This document shows positions 12,627 through 24,526 of a stretch of 64,000 nt of DNA, in pieces (positions within the stretch are counted from its first letter, which is position 1; every line of letters starts with the position of its first letter). The notes beneath the pieces are model-generated. The model made no database searches and was not told the DNA's origin. It was given only the letters and a program-made list of their open reading frames with translations. Made by a program: the position numbers and the translations under genes. The stretch lies in assembly GCA_040954595.2 (NCBI GenBank), contig CM082577.2, forward strand, positions 8,147,846 to 8,211,845, written 5' to 3'. Origin of the DNA: Balanoglossus misakiensis. Its lineage: Eukaryota > Animalia > Hemichordata.

Positions 12627-15600
12627 ATGGCACAAGTCGCTGAGTGGGTTGTGTCGCTGGCTGCTTTGATCGCGCTCGTCAGCGCCGGAAAGGCAGGTGA
12701 GTATCTCTTGCTCGGTAAAGGAATAGTCTTCCTGATTCCAGAATATAGTTTCAGAGTATAGATAGAATACTAGTCACCAAAATTCACACATTACCCGTAA
12801 CACGCAGAAGTACAACGCGTCATAGCTGGCTGAACACCGACTATAGTCGTGCATGTAGTTTGACACGGAAACTTCGCCGTGTCGTCTGTTTGTGACACAA
12901 AACAATATTTACATGTGAAAGTGAGGGCACAGGGCGGCCATGCAAGTAAACTTTTCGAAGCGATACTTAAAACTCCCTTGGACACAACATAGCACATGAT
13001 CTATTGTACCCTTTCATGGTCTCTGTTATACGTGTTAACTGTACACATCATTCCAATTCACACATTACCAGCGTGTCGGATAACATACTTTGGTTTCAGA
13101 TACAGTTACGCAAACATAAAAGTTTTCGGATTCCATGAGAGTTTGTATACATTTCAGAGAATTTATCATGAAAGGCCAGTGACGCAAAACTTCGTGTAAG
13201 ACAGCGTCACAGATCTTGTTCAACCATTGTTACCACATTATATACAATATTGGTATGCAGTTTATTTAATCTGTCTGGACATGACTTTCACGTCTCTGAA
13301 CAATTAACAGACATCTAGCACACCGACCACAAGAAGAATCAGCTCTGAATAAATGATTAAAATGCATTTTTTTATCTTTCAGCTCACCCGTGTGACGAAA
13401 ATCCGTGTCAGGGAGGCGGAACCTGCGTCAGACTCGCAACGGCAGAACCGACGGGACCGCCCGGCGCCGGGAATTCCAACTCGACGCTGTCTAACTCAAC
13501 CCACCCCATCACGGCACAGCCCTACGAAGAGAGTTTTAACTCGACGCAGTTTAACTTAACCCAGCCTGACACACCACAGCCTTCCGACGAGAGTTTCAAC
13601 CTAACGCAGTCCAACTCGACCCAGCCTAACACGACACAGCCTGCCACCGAGAACTACTACTGCCAATGTTTAGATTGTTACGCCGGTCAACACTGCGAAA
13701 TCAGTGAGTTCTGATAGCGGTATACTAATGCAGAAGTCATTAATATACCGCAGACTTTTCGTAATGTTTCTTCATAGAACATGAGGAAGCGCCCGTTGTT
13801 TGGGGCTGTCCTCACAACACAACAAAAAGCAGTGCACATCACACGTTCCATCATCCTTCAGAAAACAGATCGGTTGAACCAAAGACACTGACAGAGCATG
13901 ATGGGAAGTTAATGCCACTTAACCCCATACATACATTTTGCCAGTTTCGAGTCAATTCCTCCAGAACTGGTCAATATTGGATATTAGCCATTCTCTGAAA
14001 TTCTCTTCTCGAGAAAGTCTTGAGCAAACCGGTCACCCTCGACAGAAATCAACAGGTGTTTTGAATGTTTTCCTTTTGAAAAAAGACATACTGTTAATTT
14101 GAAATCCTCTTTGTCAGTTTAATCTGAAACGCGACCGAAAGTTGCGATACGTGACTCGTGTCCAAATCTGTCGCATTCAGACAGCGGTTGGAAAGTTAGA
14201 CTCGATATTAAAGATTCATATTGTCCTTTTGTGGGAGGAGGAAAACTTTATTTTGTCGTTATCGTTCGTGCAGGTGTCGGGCGGTGTTCGGTCAATTGTC
14301 TGAACGGCGGCGTTTGCCAGCTCGGCGAGAATTGCCGAGAATCGTGTCGTTGTCCGCCATGTTATAGAGGAGCCTACTGTGAAATAGGTATGTACATGTG
14401 CGCATCGCTTAAATATTCATGCGTTTTCAGCTGAACTTTCACGATTAAACTAATAAAAGCACAACGCTGTTTTTTCAGTCATTGGGCAAGTCGCGGAAAA
14501 CGGATATGCTGAACACCCATGTTCTCGTACCAATGACTGAACTGGTTTCTACATCAAACAGCTGCCAGAGGCTGTTTTGTAAATTGCTATGTTTAGCCTA
14601 TAAGTAGCGCAGATATCAAAAGTCATTTCCCTCCTTCCATATACATACTTAATAATTCATTACATCCCAGTTAACTATGCAGTGCTATCAATTTTCGCTT
14701 TCAATTTTAGAGTTAAACGGTTGCAACAATAACCCTTGCCAGAATGGCGGTCAGTGTCACGTGACTGGAGACGGCTGCGCGGAGTTCACCTGTACCTGCA
14801 GGACTTGTTACCTTGGATACGATTGTCGTGTTGGTGAGCTATATACGTTTTCACGATTTAAAAAAAAACGTGATTTCTCTCTTTTATCGAATAAACTTTG
14901 ATATATTCTGGGTGCACTTTTTGTCAAATCAAAAGAAAATACTACGGTATACGCTTGTCACCTGATCACCGATAGGATGGCTCTATTTCAACATATCAAT
15001 GTTTTGTTTTATATTTCAGTTGATGACGAATGTATGATGAACTTGGTGAGGACGACGACAGGTGCGCCGGACGTTGGCTTAATACCAAGTCTTCCCATGA
15101 CCACGTCGTCAGTCGGCGATGTAAATAGCCGTAATGACTCGAGCCAAAAGGAATCTCTCTTGACCGCCATCATTTTCATCCTGGTGTGTGTTTTCATTAT
15201 TGTCACCGTGGTATGTTTGGGAGTTCTCATTTCGCTGATCAATAAGAATAGAAGGAAAAAAGGAATTATCACCGAAAAGGAGAAGCAAATAAAACGGATG
15301 GGTACGCATTGTTTTTAATTTCCTCTCGAAATCCTATTGAAGAGTAGAATTTCATGTATACATCTACAGCATTGCGTTAAAAAAGAACCGAAAATAAGCA
15401 CATTTGTCCGAAAGTGAGACAAACAGACAACACTGACAGAGTAACAGACAGACAGACCGACCGACAGACAGACAGACATAAAGAGGCAAAGATAAATGTC
15501 GAGAGTTTTTCCGTGCGCAAACATGAAGATGTAAGCAAATTTTTCAATTTCTGAGGGTTCAAGTTCAATATGAAAGAAATCCTTAAAATCTAGTACTGGG

Positions 15601-16132
15601 CCACTTATTACTCCGTTTTCGTGGAAAACCACGAAAGACCATAACTTTTCGTCTAATCTTGAAAACTTATTAGTTCTTGCTTGCTTCTTGACATGCCACA
15701 GCAATGCTTCAAGAACAGATGGAACTCGAGCGACACACCGGAAATAGCAGACGACAAAAACAGCAGTTATTGAACGGGAAGGTGACCTTCAACGCTAAAG
15801 TTCCAGAAGTGATCGTCTTTCCCTCCGATGATGATGATGACGCCAACGAGAACGGGGCGATAATGAGCAACAAGGTGAAATACAGTGAGGACGCGGGCGT
15901 GGATAACTTATTGTCGGCATCCAACGAAAAGGATGACGTCAAACAAAATGGCGGCGGAGAGGATGAAATCTCGTCGGAGGATCACGATCATGACGATGCT
16001 GACGGCAGAGAGCTGACGACGTCGCAGAGATCAGGAACGGGGAATCGTCGCCAACGGAAACAAATTTCCGCCCTAACTCTCTATGCCACAGATTTTCAAA
16101 GAGCGTTCAACTGCTTCAATTCGGATGTATAA
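12627..16132 (+). CDS. Type I membrane protein with three EGF-like modules, Ser/Thr stalk, TM helix and acidic tail ending ...NSDV; exons 12627-12696, 13383-13703, 14274-14387, 14711-14833, 15020-15301, 15702-16132 (~446 aa)
   Basis: Signal peptide MAQVAEWVVSLAALIALVSAGKA; all introns are phase 1 (typical EGF exon modules). EGF motifs PCDENPCQGGGTC, CLNGGVC, CNNNPCQNGGQC. TM LLTAIIFILVCVFIIVTVVCLGVLISLI followed by NKNRRKK. Confidence 0.85.
13127..13299 (+). repeat. ~170-bp dispersed repeat, copy A (inverted relative to 24269-24446)
   Basis: 13272-13295 is the exact reverse complement of 24273-24296; 13165-13179 is the exact reverse complement of 24386-24400; intervening sequence is collinear and similar. 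Confidence 0.8.
15416..15480. repeat. Imperfect (GACA)n microsatellite
   Basis: gacagacagaccgaccgacagacagacagaca run in the last intron of the EGF gene. Confidence 0.7.
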
Positions 16133-16781
16133 AACGTCGATTTGTAGCTATACAGCAAAGCGTATATGGAACTTGATGTAAAAACTTGCAATGATCACAG
16201 ACTTTTTATCACTCATTGCCACGGCAAAGTTTGTCGGAGTCGGTCCATCCATTAATATATTAGCGGTGGTCTAGTTTATTACTGGAACTTTTTGTGTATG
16301 AAAAAAAGTATCACGTGATGTAGCCCTGGCAAGTTTTTTATTTTTGTAAATCTTTAAGAGTAAAAGTGGGATGGCATGAATTTTAGCCTATTTCTCATAA
16401 TCCTCATTATTGTTTCTTTTTCAAAGTTTTTCGTGAACTCTTTTCGATTACATATACGTTAATTGATCATTCTTCAACACTATATTTGGTTCGGTTTGTC
16501 AAGTGCCACTACTAATCACTGCCAAAAGACAAAAGCATTTTTGATAATATTTCAATGGTCGCATTATATTTCAGATAACATATATAAAAACCTCGATGTC
16601 AAATGTTTCATTTTGTTATCGTCAATATCTTTTGGTGATGGCAAACAATTATTTCGATTTTTTTCGGTAATTCCACGGAATTGTAAGCATTTTACTATAT
16701 ATATTTATTTAATAAGATTGAATAAGATAAAAATAAAATTATTGCATTAAAAATTTAAAAGTTTTGGTGACTACTTAATTG

Positions 16782-19700
16782 TCAAAAAATGACAAATTGC
16801 CGACTTTGCGAACTTTGGTGATTTTGTCATATTGGGACATTTTTCATGGGTTATAGCTCATGAAAACTGCCAAGAAATTTGGTCATTTTTTGAAAAAATC
16901 ATGGGTTATAGCTCAGGAAAACCGTCAAAAATCAAGGATTTTTCGACTTTGCCAATTTCCGAAATTTGGTCATTTTTTGAAAAAATCATGGGTTATAGCT
17001 CAGGAAAATCTTCAAAAATCGAGGATTTTTCGACTTTGCCAATTTTCGAAATTTGGTCATTTTTTGAAAAAATCATGGGTTATAGCTCAGGAAAATCTTC
17101 AAAAATCGAGGATTTTTCGACTTTGCCAATTTTCGAAATTTGGTCATTTTTTGAAAAAATCATGGGTTATTGCTCAGGAAAATCTTCAAAAATCGAGGAT
17201 TTTTCGACTTTGCCAATTTTCGAAATTTGGTCATTTTTTGAAAAAATCATGGGTTATAGCTCAGGAAAATCTTCAAAAATCGAGGATTTTTCGACTTTGC
17301 CAATTTTCGAAATTTGGTCATTTTTTGAAAAAATCATGAGTTATAGCACAGGAAAATCTTCAAAAATGACAAATTGCCGACTTTGCGAACTTTGGTGATT
17401 TTGTCATATTGGGACATTTTTCATGGGTTATAGCTCATGAAAACTGCCAAGAAATTTGGTCATTTTTTGAAAAAATCATGGGTTATAGCTCAGGAAAACC
17501 GTCAAAAATCAAGGATTTTTCGACTTTGCCAATTTCCGAAATTTGGTCATTTTTTGAAAAAATCATGGGTTATAGCTCAGGAAAATCTTCAAAAATCGAG
17601 GATTTTTCGACTTTGCCAATTTTCGAAATTTGGTCATTTTTTGAAAAAATCATGGGTTATAGCTCAGGAAAATCTTCAAAAATCGAGGATTTTTCGACTT
17701 TGCCAATTTTCGAAATTTGGTCATTTTTTGAAAAAATCATGGGTTATAGCTCAGGAAAATCATCAAAAATCGAGGATTTTTCGACTTTGCCAATTTTCGA
17801 AATTTTGTCATTTTTTGAAAAAATCATGGGTTATAGCTCAGGAAAATCTTCAAAAATCGAGGATTTTTCGACTTTGCCAATTTTCGAAATTTGGTCATTT
17901 TTTGAAAACATCATGGGTTATAGCTCAGGAAAATCTTCAAAAAACGAGGATTTTTCGACTTTGCCAATTTTCGAAATTTGGTCATTTTTTGAAAACATCA
18001 TGGGTTATAGCTCAGGAAAATCTTCAAAAATCGAGGATTTTTTGACTTTGCCAATTTTCGAAATTTGGTCATTTTTTGAAAAAATCACAGGTTATAGCTC
18101 AGGAAAATCTTCAAAAATCGAGGATTTTTCGAATTTGCCAATTTTCGAAATTTGGTCATTTTTTGAAAAAATCATGGGTTATAGCTCAGGAAAATCTTCA
18201 AAAATCGAGGATTTTTCGACTTTGCCAATTTTCGAAATTTGGTCATTTTTTGAAAAAATCATGGGTTATAGCTCAGGAAAATCTTCAAAAATCGAGGATT
18301 TTTCGACTTTGCCAATTTTCGAAATTTGGTCATTTTTTGAAAAAATCATGGGTTATAGCTCAGGAAAATCTTCAAAAATCGAGGATTTTTCGACTTTGCC
18401 AATTTTCGAAATTTTGTCATTTTTTGAAAAAATCATGGGTTATAGCTCAGGAAAATCATCAAAAATCGAGGATTTTTCGACTTTGCCAATTTTCGAAATT
18501 TTGTCATTTTTTGAAAAAATCATGGGTTATAGCTCAGAGAATCTTCAAAAATCGAGGATTTTTCGACTTTGCCAATTTTCGAAATTTGGTCATTTTTTGA
18601 AAAAATTATGGGTTATAGCTCAGGAAAATCTTCAAAAATCGAGGATTTTTCGACTTTGCCAATTTTCGAAATTTGGTCATTTTTTGAAAAAATCATGGGT
18701 TATAGCTCAGGAAAATCTTCAAAAATCGAGGATTTTTCGACTTTGCCAATTTTCGAAATTTGGTCATTTTTTGAAAAAAATCATGGGTTATAGCTCAGGA
18801 AAATCTTCAAAAATCGAGGATTTTCGACTTTGCCAATTTTCGAAATTTGGTCATATTTTGAAAAAAAATCATGGGTTATAGCTCCGGAAAATCTTCAAAA
18901 ATCGAGGATTTTTCGACTTTGCCAATTTTCGAAATTTGGTCATTTTTTGAAAAAATCATGGGTTATAGCTCAGGAAAATCTTCAAAAATCGAGGATTTTT
19001 CGACTTTGCCAATTTTCGAAATTTGGTCATTTTTTGAAAAAATCATGGGTTATAGCTCAGGAAAATCTTCAAAAATCGAGGATTTTTCGACTTTGCCAAT
19101 TTTCGAAATTTGGTCTTTTTTGGAAAAATCATGGGTTATAGCTCAGGAAAATCTTCAAAAATCGAGGATTTTTCGACTTTGCCAATTTTCGAAATTTGGT
19201 CATTTTTTGAAAAAATCATGGGTTATAGCTCAGGAAAATCTTCAAAAATCGAGGATTTTTCGACTTTGCCAATTTTCGAAATTTGGTCATTTTTTGAAAA
19301 AATCATGGGTTATAGCTCAGGAAAATCTTCAAAAATCGAGGATTTTTCGACTTTGCCAATTTTCGAAATTTGGTCTTTTTTGGAAAAATCATGGGTTATA
19401 GCTCAGGAAAATCTTCAAAAATCGAGGATTTTTCGACTTTGCCAATTTTCGAAATTTGGTCATTTTTTGAAAAAATCATGGGTTATAGCTCAGGAAAATC
19501 TTCAAAAATCGAGGATTTTTCGACTTTGCCAATTTTCGAAATTTGGTCATTTTTTGAAAAAATCATGGGTTATAGCTCAGGAAAATCATCAAAAGTCGAG
19601 GATTTTTCGACTTTGCCAATTTTCGAAATTTTGTCATTTTTTGAAAAAATCATGGGTTATAGCTCAGAGAATCTTCAAAAATCGAGGATTTTTCGACTTT

Positions 19701-22700
19701 GCCAATTTTCGAAATTTGGTCATTTTTTGAAAAAATTATGGGTTATAGCTCAGGAAAATCTTCAAAAATCGAGGATTTTTCGACTTTGCCAATTTTCGAA
19801 ATTTGGTCATTTTTTGAAAAAATCATGGGTTATAGCTCAGGAAAATCTTCAAAAATCGAGGATTTTTCGACTTTGCCAATTTTCGAAATTTGGTCATTTT
19901 TTGAAAAAAATCATGGGTTATAGCTCAGGAAAATCTTCAAAAATCGAGGATTTTCGACTTTGCCAATTTTCGAAAATTTGGTCATATTTTGAAAAAAAAT
20001 CATGGGTTATAGCTCCGGAAAATCTTCAAAAATCGAGGATTTTTCGACTTTGCCAATTTTCGAAATTTGGTCATTTTTTGAAAAAATCATGGGTTATAGC
20101 TCAGGAAAATCTTCAAAAATCGAGGATTTTTCGACTTTGCCAATTTTCGAAATTTGGTCATTTTTTGAAAAAATCATGGGTTATAGCTCAGGAAAATCTT
20201 CAAAAATCGAGGATTTTTCGACTTTGCCAATTTTCGAAATTTGGTCTTTTTTGGAAAAATCATGGGTTATAGCTCAGGAAAATCTTCAAAAATCGAGGAT
20301 TTTTCGACTTTGCCAATTTTCGAAATTTGGTCATTTTTTGAAAAAATCATGGGTTATAGCTCAGGAAAATCTTCAAAAATCGAGGATTTTTCGACTTTGC
20401 CAATTTTCGAAATTTTGTCATTTTTTGAAAAAATCATGGGTTATAGCTCAGGAAAATCTTCAAAAATCGAGGATTTTCGACTTTGCCAATTTTCGAAATT
20501 TGGTTATTTTTTTTAAAAAATCATGGGTTATAGCTCCGGAAAATCTTCAAAAATCGAGGATTTTTCGACTTTGCCAATTTTCGAAATTTGGTCATTTTTT
20601 GAAAAAATCATGGGTTATAGCTCAGGAAAATCTTCACAAATCGAGGATTTTTCGACTTTGCCAATTTTCGAAATTTGGTCATTTTTTGAAAAAATCATGG
20701 GTTATAGCTCAGAAAAATCTTCAAAAATCGAGGATTTTTCGACTTTGCCAATTTTCGAAATTTGGTCATTTTTTGACAAAATCATGGGTTATAGCTCAGG
20801 AAAATCTTCAAAAATCGAGGATTTTTCGACTTTGCCAATTTTCGAAATTTGGTCTTTTTTGGAAAAATCATGGGTTATAGCCCAGGCAAATCTTCAAAAA
20901 TCGAGGATTTTTCGACTTTGCCAATTTTCGAAATTTGGTCATGTTTTTGAAAAAATCATGGGTTATAGCTCAGGAAAATCTTCAAAAATCGAGGATTTTT
21001 CGACTTTGCCAATTTTCGAAATTTGGTCATTTTTTGAAAAAATCATGGGTTATAGCTCAGGAAAATCTTCAAAAATCGAGGATTTTTTAAATTTGCCAAT
21101 TTTCGAAATTTTGTCATTTTTTGAAAAAATCATGGGTTATAGCTCAGGAAAATCTTCAAAAATTGAGGATTTTCGACTTTGCCAATTTTCGAAATTTGGT
21201 CATTTTTTGAAAAAAATCATGGGTTATAGCTCCGGAAAATCTTCAAAAATCGAGGATTTTTCGACTTTGCCAATTTTCGAAATTTGGTCATTTTTTGAAA
21301 AAATCATGGGTTATAGCTCAGGAAAATCTTCAAAAATCGAGGATTTTTCGACTTTGCCAATTTTCGAAATTTGGTCTTTTTTGGAAAAATCATGGGTTAT
21401 AGCTCAGGAAAATCTTCAAAAATCGAGGATTTTTCGACTTTGCCAATTTTCGAAATTTGGTCATTTTTTGAAAAAATCATGGGTTATAGCTCAGGAAAAC
21501 CTTCAAAAATCGAGGATTTTTCGACTTTGCCAATTTTCGAAATTTGGTCATTTTTTGAAAAAATCATGGGTTATAGCTCAGGAAAATCTTCAAAAATCGA
21601 GGATTTTTCGACTTTGCCAATTTTCGAAATTTGGTCATTTTTTGAAAAAATCATGGGTTATAGCTCAGGAAAATCTTCAAAAATCGAGGATTTTTCGACT
21701 TTGCCAATTTTCGAAATTTGGTCATTTTTTGAAAAAATCATGGGTTATAGCTCAGGAAAATCTTCAAAAATCGAGGATTTTTCGACTTTGCCAATTTTCG
21801 AAATTTGGTCATTTTTTGAAAAAATCATGGGTTATAGCTCAGGAAAATCTTCAAAAATCGAGGATTTTTCGACTTTGCCAATTTTCGAAATTTGGTCATT
21901 TTTTGAAAAAATCATGGGTTATAGCTCAGGAAAATCTTCAAAAATCGAGGATTTTTCGACTTTGCCAATTTTTGAAATTTGGTCATTTTTTGAAAAAATC
22001 ATGGGTTATAGCTCAGGAAAATCTTCAAAAATCGAGGATTTTTCGACTTTGCCAATTTTCGAAATTTGGTCATTTTTTGAAAAAATCATGGGTTATAGCT
22101 CAGGAAAATCTTCAAAAATCGAGGATTTTTCGAATTTGCCAATTTTTGAAATTTGGTCATTTTTTGAAAAAATCATGGGTTATAGCTCAGGAAAACCTTC
22201 AAAAATCGAGGATTTTTCGACTTTGCCAATTTTCGAAATTTGGTCATTTTTTGAAAAAATCATGGGTTATAGCTCAGGAAAATCTTCAAAAATCGAGGAT
22301 TTTTCGACTTTGCCAATTTTCGAAATTTGGTCATTTTTTGAAAAAATCATGGGTTATAGCTCAGGAAAATCTTCAAAAATCGAGGATTTTTCGACTTTGC
22401 CAATTTTCGAAATTTGGTCATTTTTTGAAAAAATCATGGGTTATAGCTCAGGAAAATCTTCAAAAATCGAGGATTTTTCGACTTTGCCAATTTTTGAAAT
22501 TTGGTCATTTTTTGAAAAAATCATGGGTTATAGCTCAGGAAAATCTTCAAAAATCGAGGATTTTTCGACTTTGCCAATTTTCGAAATTTGGTCATTTTTT
22601 GAAAAAATCATGGGTTATAGCTCAGGAAAATCTTCACAAATCGAGGATTTTTCGACTTTGCCAATTTTCGAAATTTGGTCATTTTTTGAAAAAATCATGG

Positions 22701-24262
22701 GTTATAGCTCAGGAAAATCTTCAAAAATCGAGGATTTTTCGACTTTGCCAATTTTCGAAATTTGGTCATTTTTTGAAAAAATCATGGGTTATAGCTCAGG
22801 AAAATCTTCAAAAATCGAGGATTTTTCGACTTTGCCAATTTTCGAAATTTGGTCATTTTTTGAAAAAATCATGGGTTATAGCTCAGGAAAATCTTCACAA
22901 ATCGAGGATTTTTCGACTTTGCCAATTTTCGAAATTTGGTGATTTTTTGAAAAAATCATGGGTTATAGCTCAGGAAAATCTTCACAAATCGAGGATTTTT
23001 CGACTTTGCCAATTTTCGAAATTTGGTCATTTTTTGAAAAAAATCATGGGTTATAGCTCAGGAAAATCTTCAAAAATCGAGGATTTTTCGACTTTGCCAA
23101 TTTTCGAAATTTGGTCATTTTTTGAAAAAAATCATGGGTTATAGCTCAGGAAAATCTTCAAAAATCGAGGATTTTTCGACTTTGCCAATTTTCGAAATTT
23201 GGTCATTTTTTGAAAAAATCATGGGTTATAGCTCAGGAAAATCTTCAAAAATCGAGGATTTTTCGACTTTGCCAATTTTCGAAATTTGGTCATTTTTTGA
23301 AAAAATCATGGGTTATAGCTCAGGAAAATCTTCAAAAATCGAGGATTTTTCGACTTTGCCAATTTTCGAAATTTGGTCATTTTTTGAAAAAATTATGGGT
23401 TATAGCTCTGGAAAATCTTCAAAAATCGAGGATTTTTCGACTTTGCCAATTTTCGAAATTTGGTCATTTTTTGAAAAAATCATGGGTTATAGCTCAGGAA
23501 AATCTTCAAAAATCGAGGATTTTTCGACTTTGCCAATTTTCGAAATTTTTTTCATTTTTTGAAAAAATTATGGGTTATAGCTCAGGAAAATCTTCAAAAA
23601 TCGAGGATTTTTCGACTTTGCCAATTTTCGAAATTTGGTCATTTTTTGAAAAAATCATGGGTTATAGCTCAGGAAAATCTTCAAAAATCGAGGATTTTTC
23701 GACTTTGCCAATTTTCGAAATTTTTTTCATTTTTTGAAAAAATCATGGGTTATAGCTCAGGAAAATCTTCAAAAATCGAGGATTTTTCGAATTTGCCAAT
23801 TTTTGAAATTTGGTCATTTTTTGAAAAAATCATGGGTTATAGCTCATGAAAATTGTCAAAATATGACGAATTCCCGACTTTGCGAACTTTGGTGATTATG
23901 TCATATTGGGACATTTTTCATTGGTTATAGCTCATGAAAACTGCCAAAAAAATGTCAAATTCCCGACTTGGCGAACTTTGGTGATTTTGTCATATTGGGA
24001 CATTTTTCATGGGTTATAGCTCATGAAAACTGCCAAAAAATGTCAAATTCCCGACTTTGAAAATTTTTCTCATTTTGGCATTTTCATGTCATATGCATTG
24101 GTTATAGCTCATGAACGCTCAAAAAATGACAAATTCTTGACGTTGAAAATTTTGCTCATTTTGGCATTCTCACGTCATATTCATGGGTTATAGCTCATGA
24201 ACGCTCAAAACATGACAAATTCTACACTCTGAAAATTTTGCTCATTTTGGTATTTTCATGAA
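16782..24262. repeat. Satellite array: about 80 copies of an 87-bp monomer, with diverged variant monomers at both edges
   Basis: Monomer gaaatttggtcattttttgaaaaaatcatgggttatagctcaggaaaatcttcaaaaatcgaggatttttcgactttgccaattttc is repeated near-identically from ~16872 to ~23850. Variant units occur at 16782-16870, 17361-17450 and 23850-24262. Confidence 0.97.
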
Positions 24263-24268
24263 AGGGGC

Positions 24269-24446
24269 TCAAAGACGTGAAAGTCATGTCCAGACATATA
24301 AACTAAATTTCATACCAATTGTTACATAATGATAACAATGGTTGATGAAGACCTGTGACGCTATCATATACCAAGTTTTGCGTCGCTGGCCTTTCATGAT
24401 GAATTCTCTGACGTGTGTACAAATTGTGTATCATCTATGGAATCCG
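24269..24446 (-). repeat. ~175-bp dispersed repeat, copy B (inverted copy of 13127-13299), abutting the satellite end
   Basis: Shares exact 24-nt and 15-nt reverse-complement blocks with 13127-13299. Confidence 0.8.
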
Positions 24447-24520
24447 GAAGAAGCAATAAGGACAGTGGATATTAAATGAAGTACGCAGATAACATCAAAT
24501 CAATAAATGCACCAAAAATC

Positions 24521-24526
24521 TTTATT
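24521..24526 (-). terminator. Probable poly(A) signal (AATAAA) of the delphilin gene (~1.6 kb 3' UTR)
   Basis: tttatt on the + strand at the end of an AT-rich UTR-like stretch downstream of the stop at 26163. Confidence 0.45.

Noticed and set aside
16832-23849. Long ORFs (up to 873 aa) with 29-aa repeats in two + frames
   Set aside because: An artefact of an 87-bp (3n) monomer lacking stops in two frames. Homopolymer indels switch frames repeatedly, and there is no splice context or codon-position bias.
16782-24262. CRISPR-like array
   Set aside because: Units are contiguous near-identical monomers with no unique spacers, no cas genes, and the context is eukaryotic.
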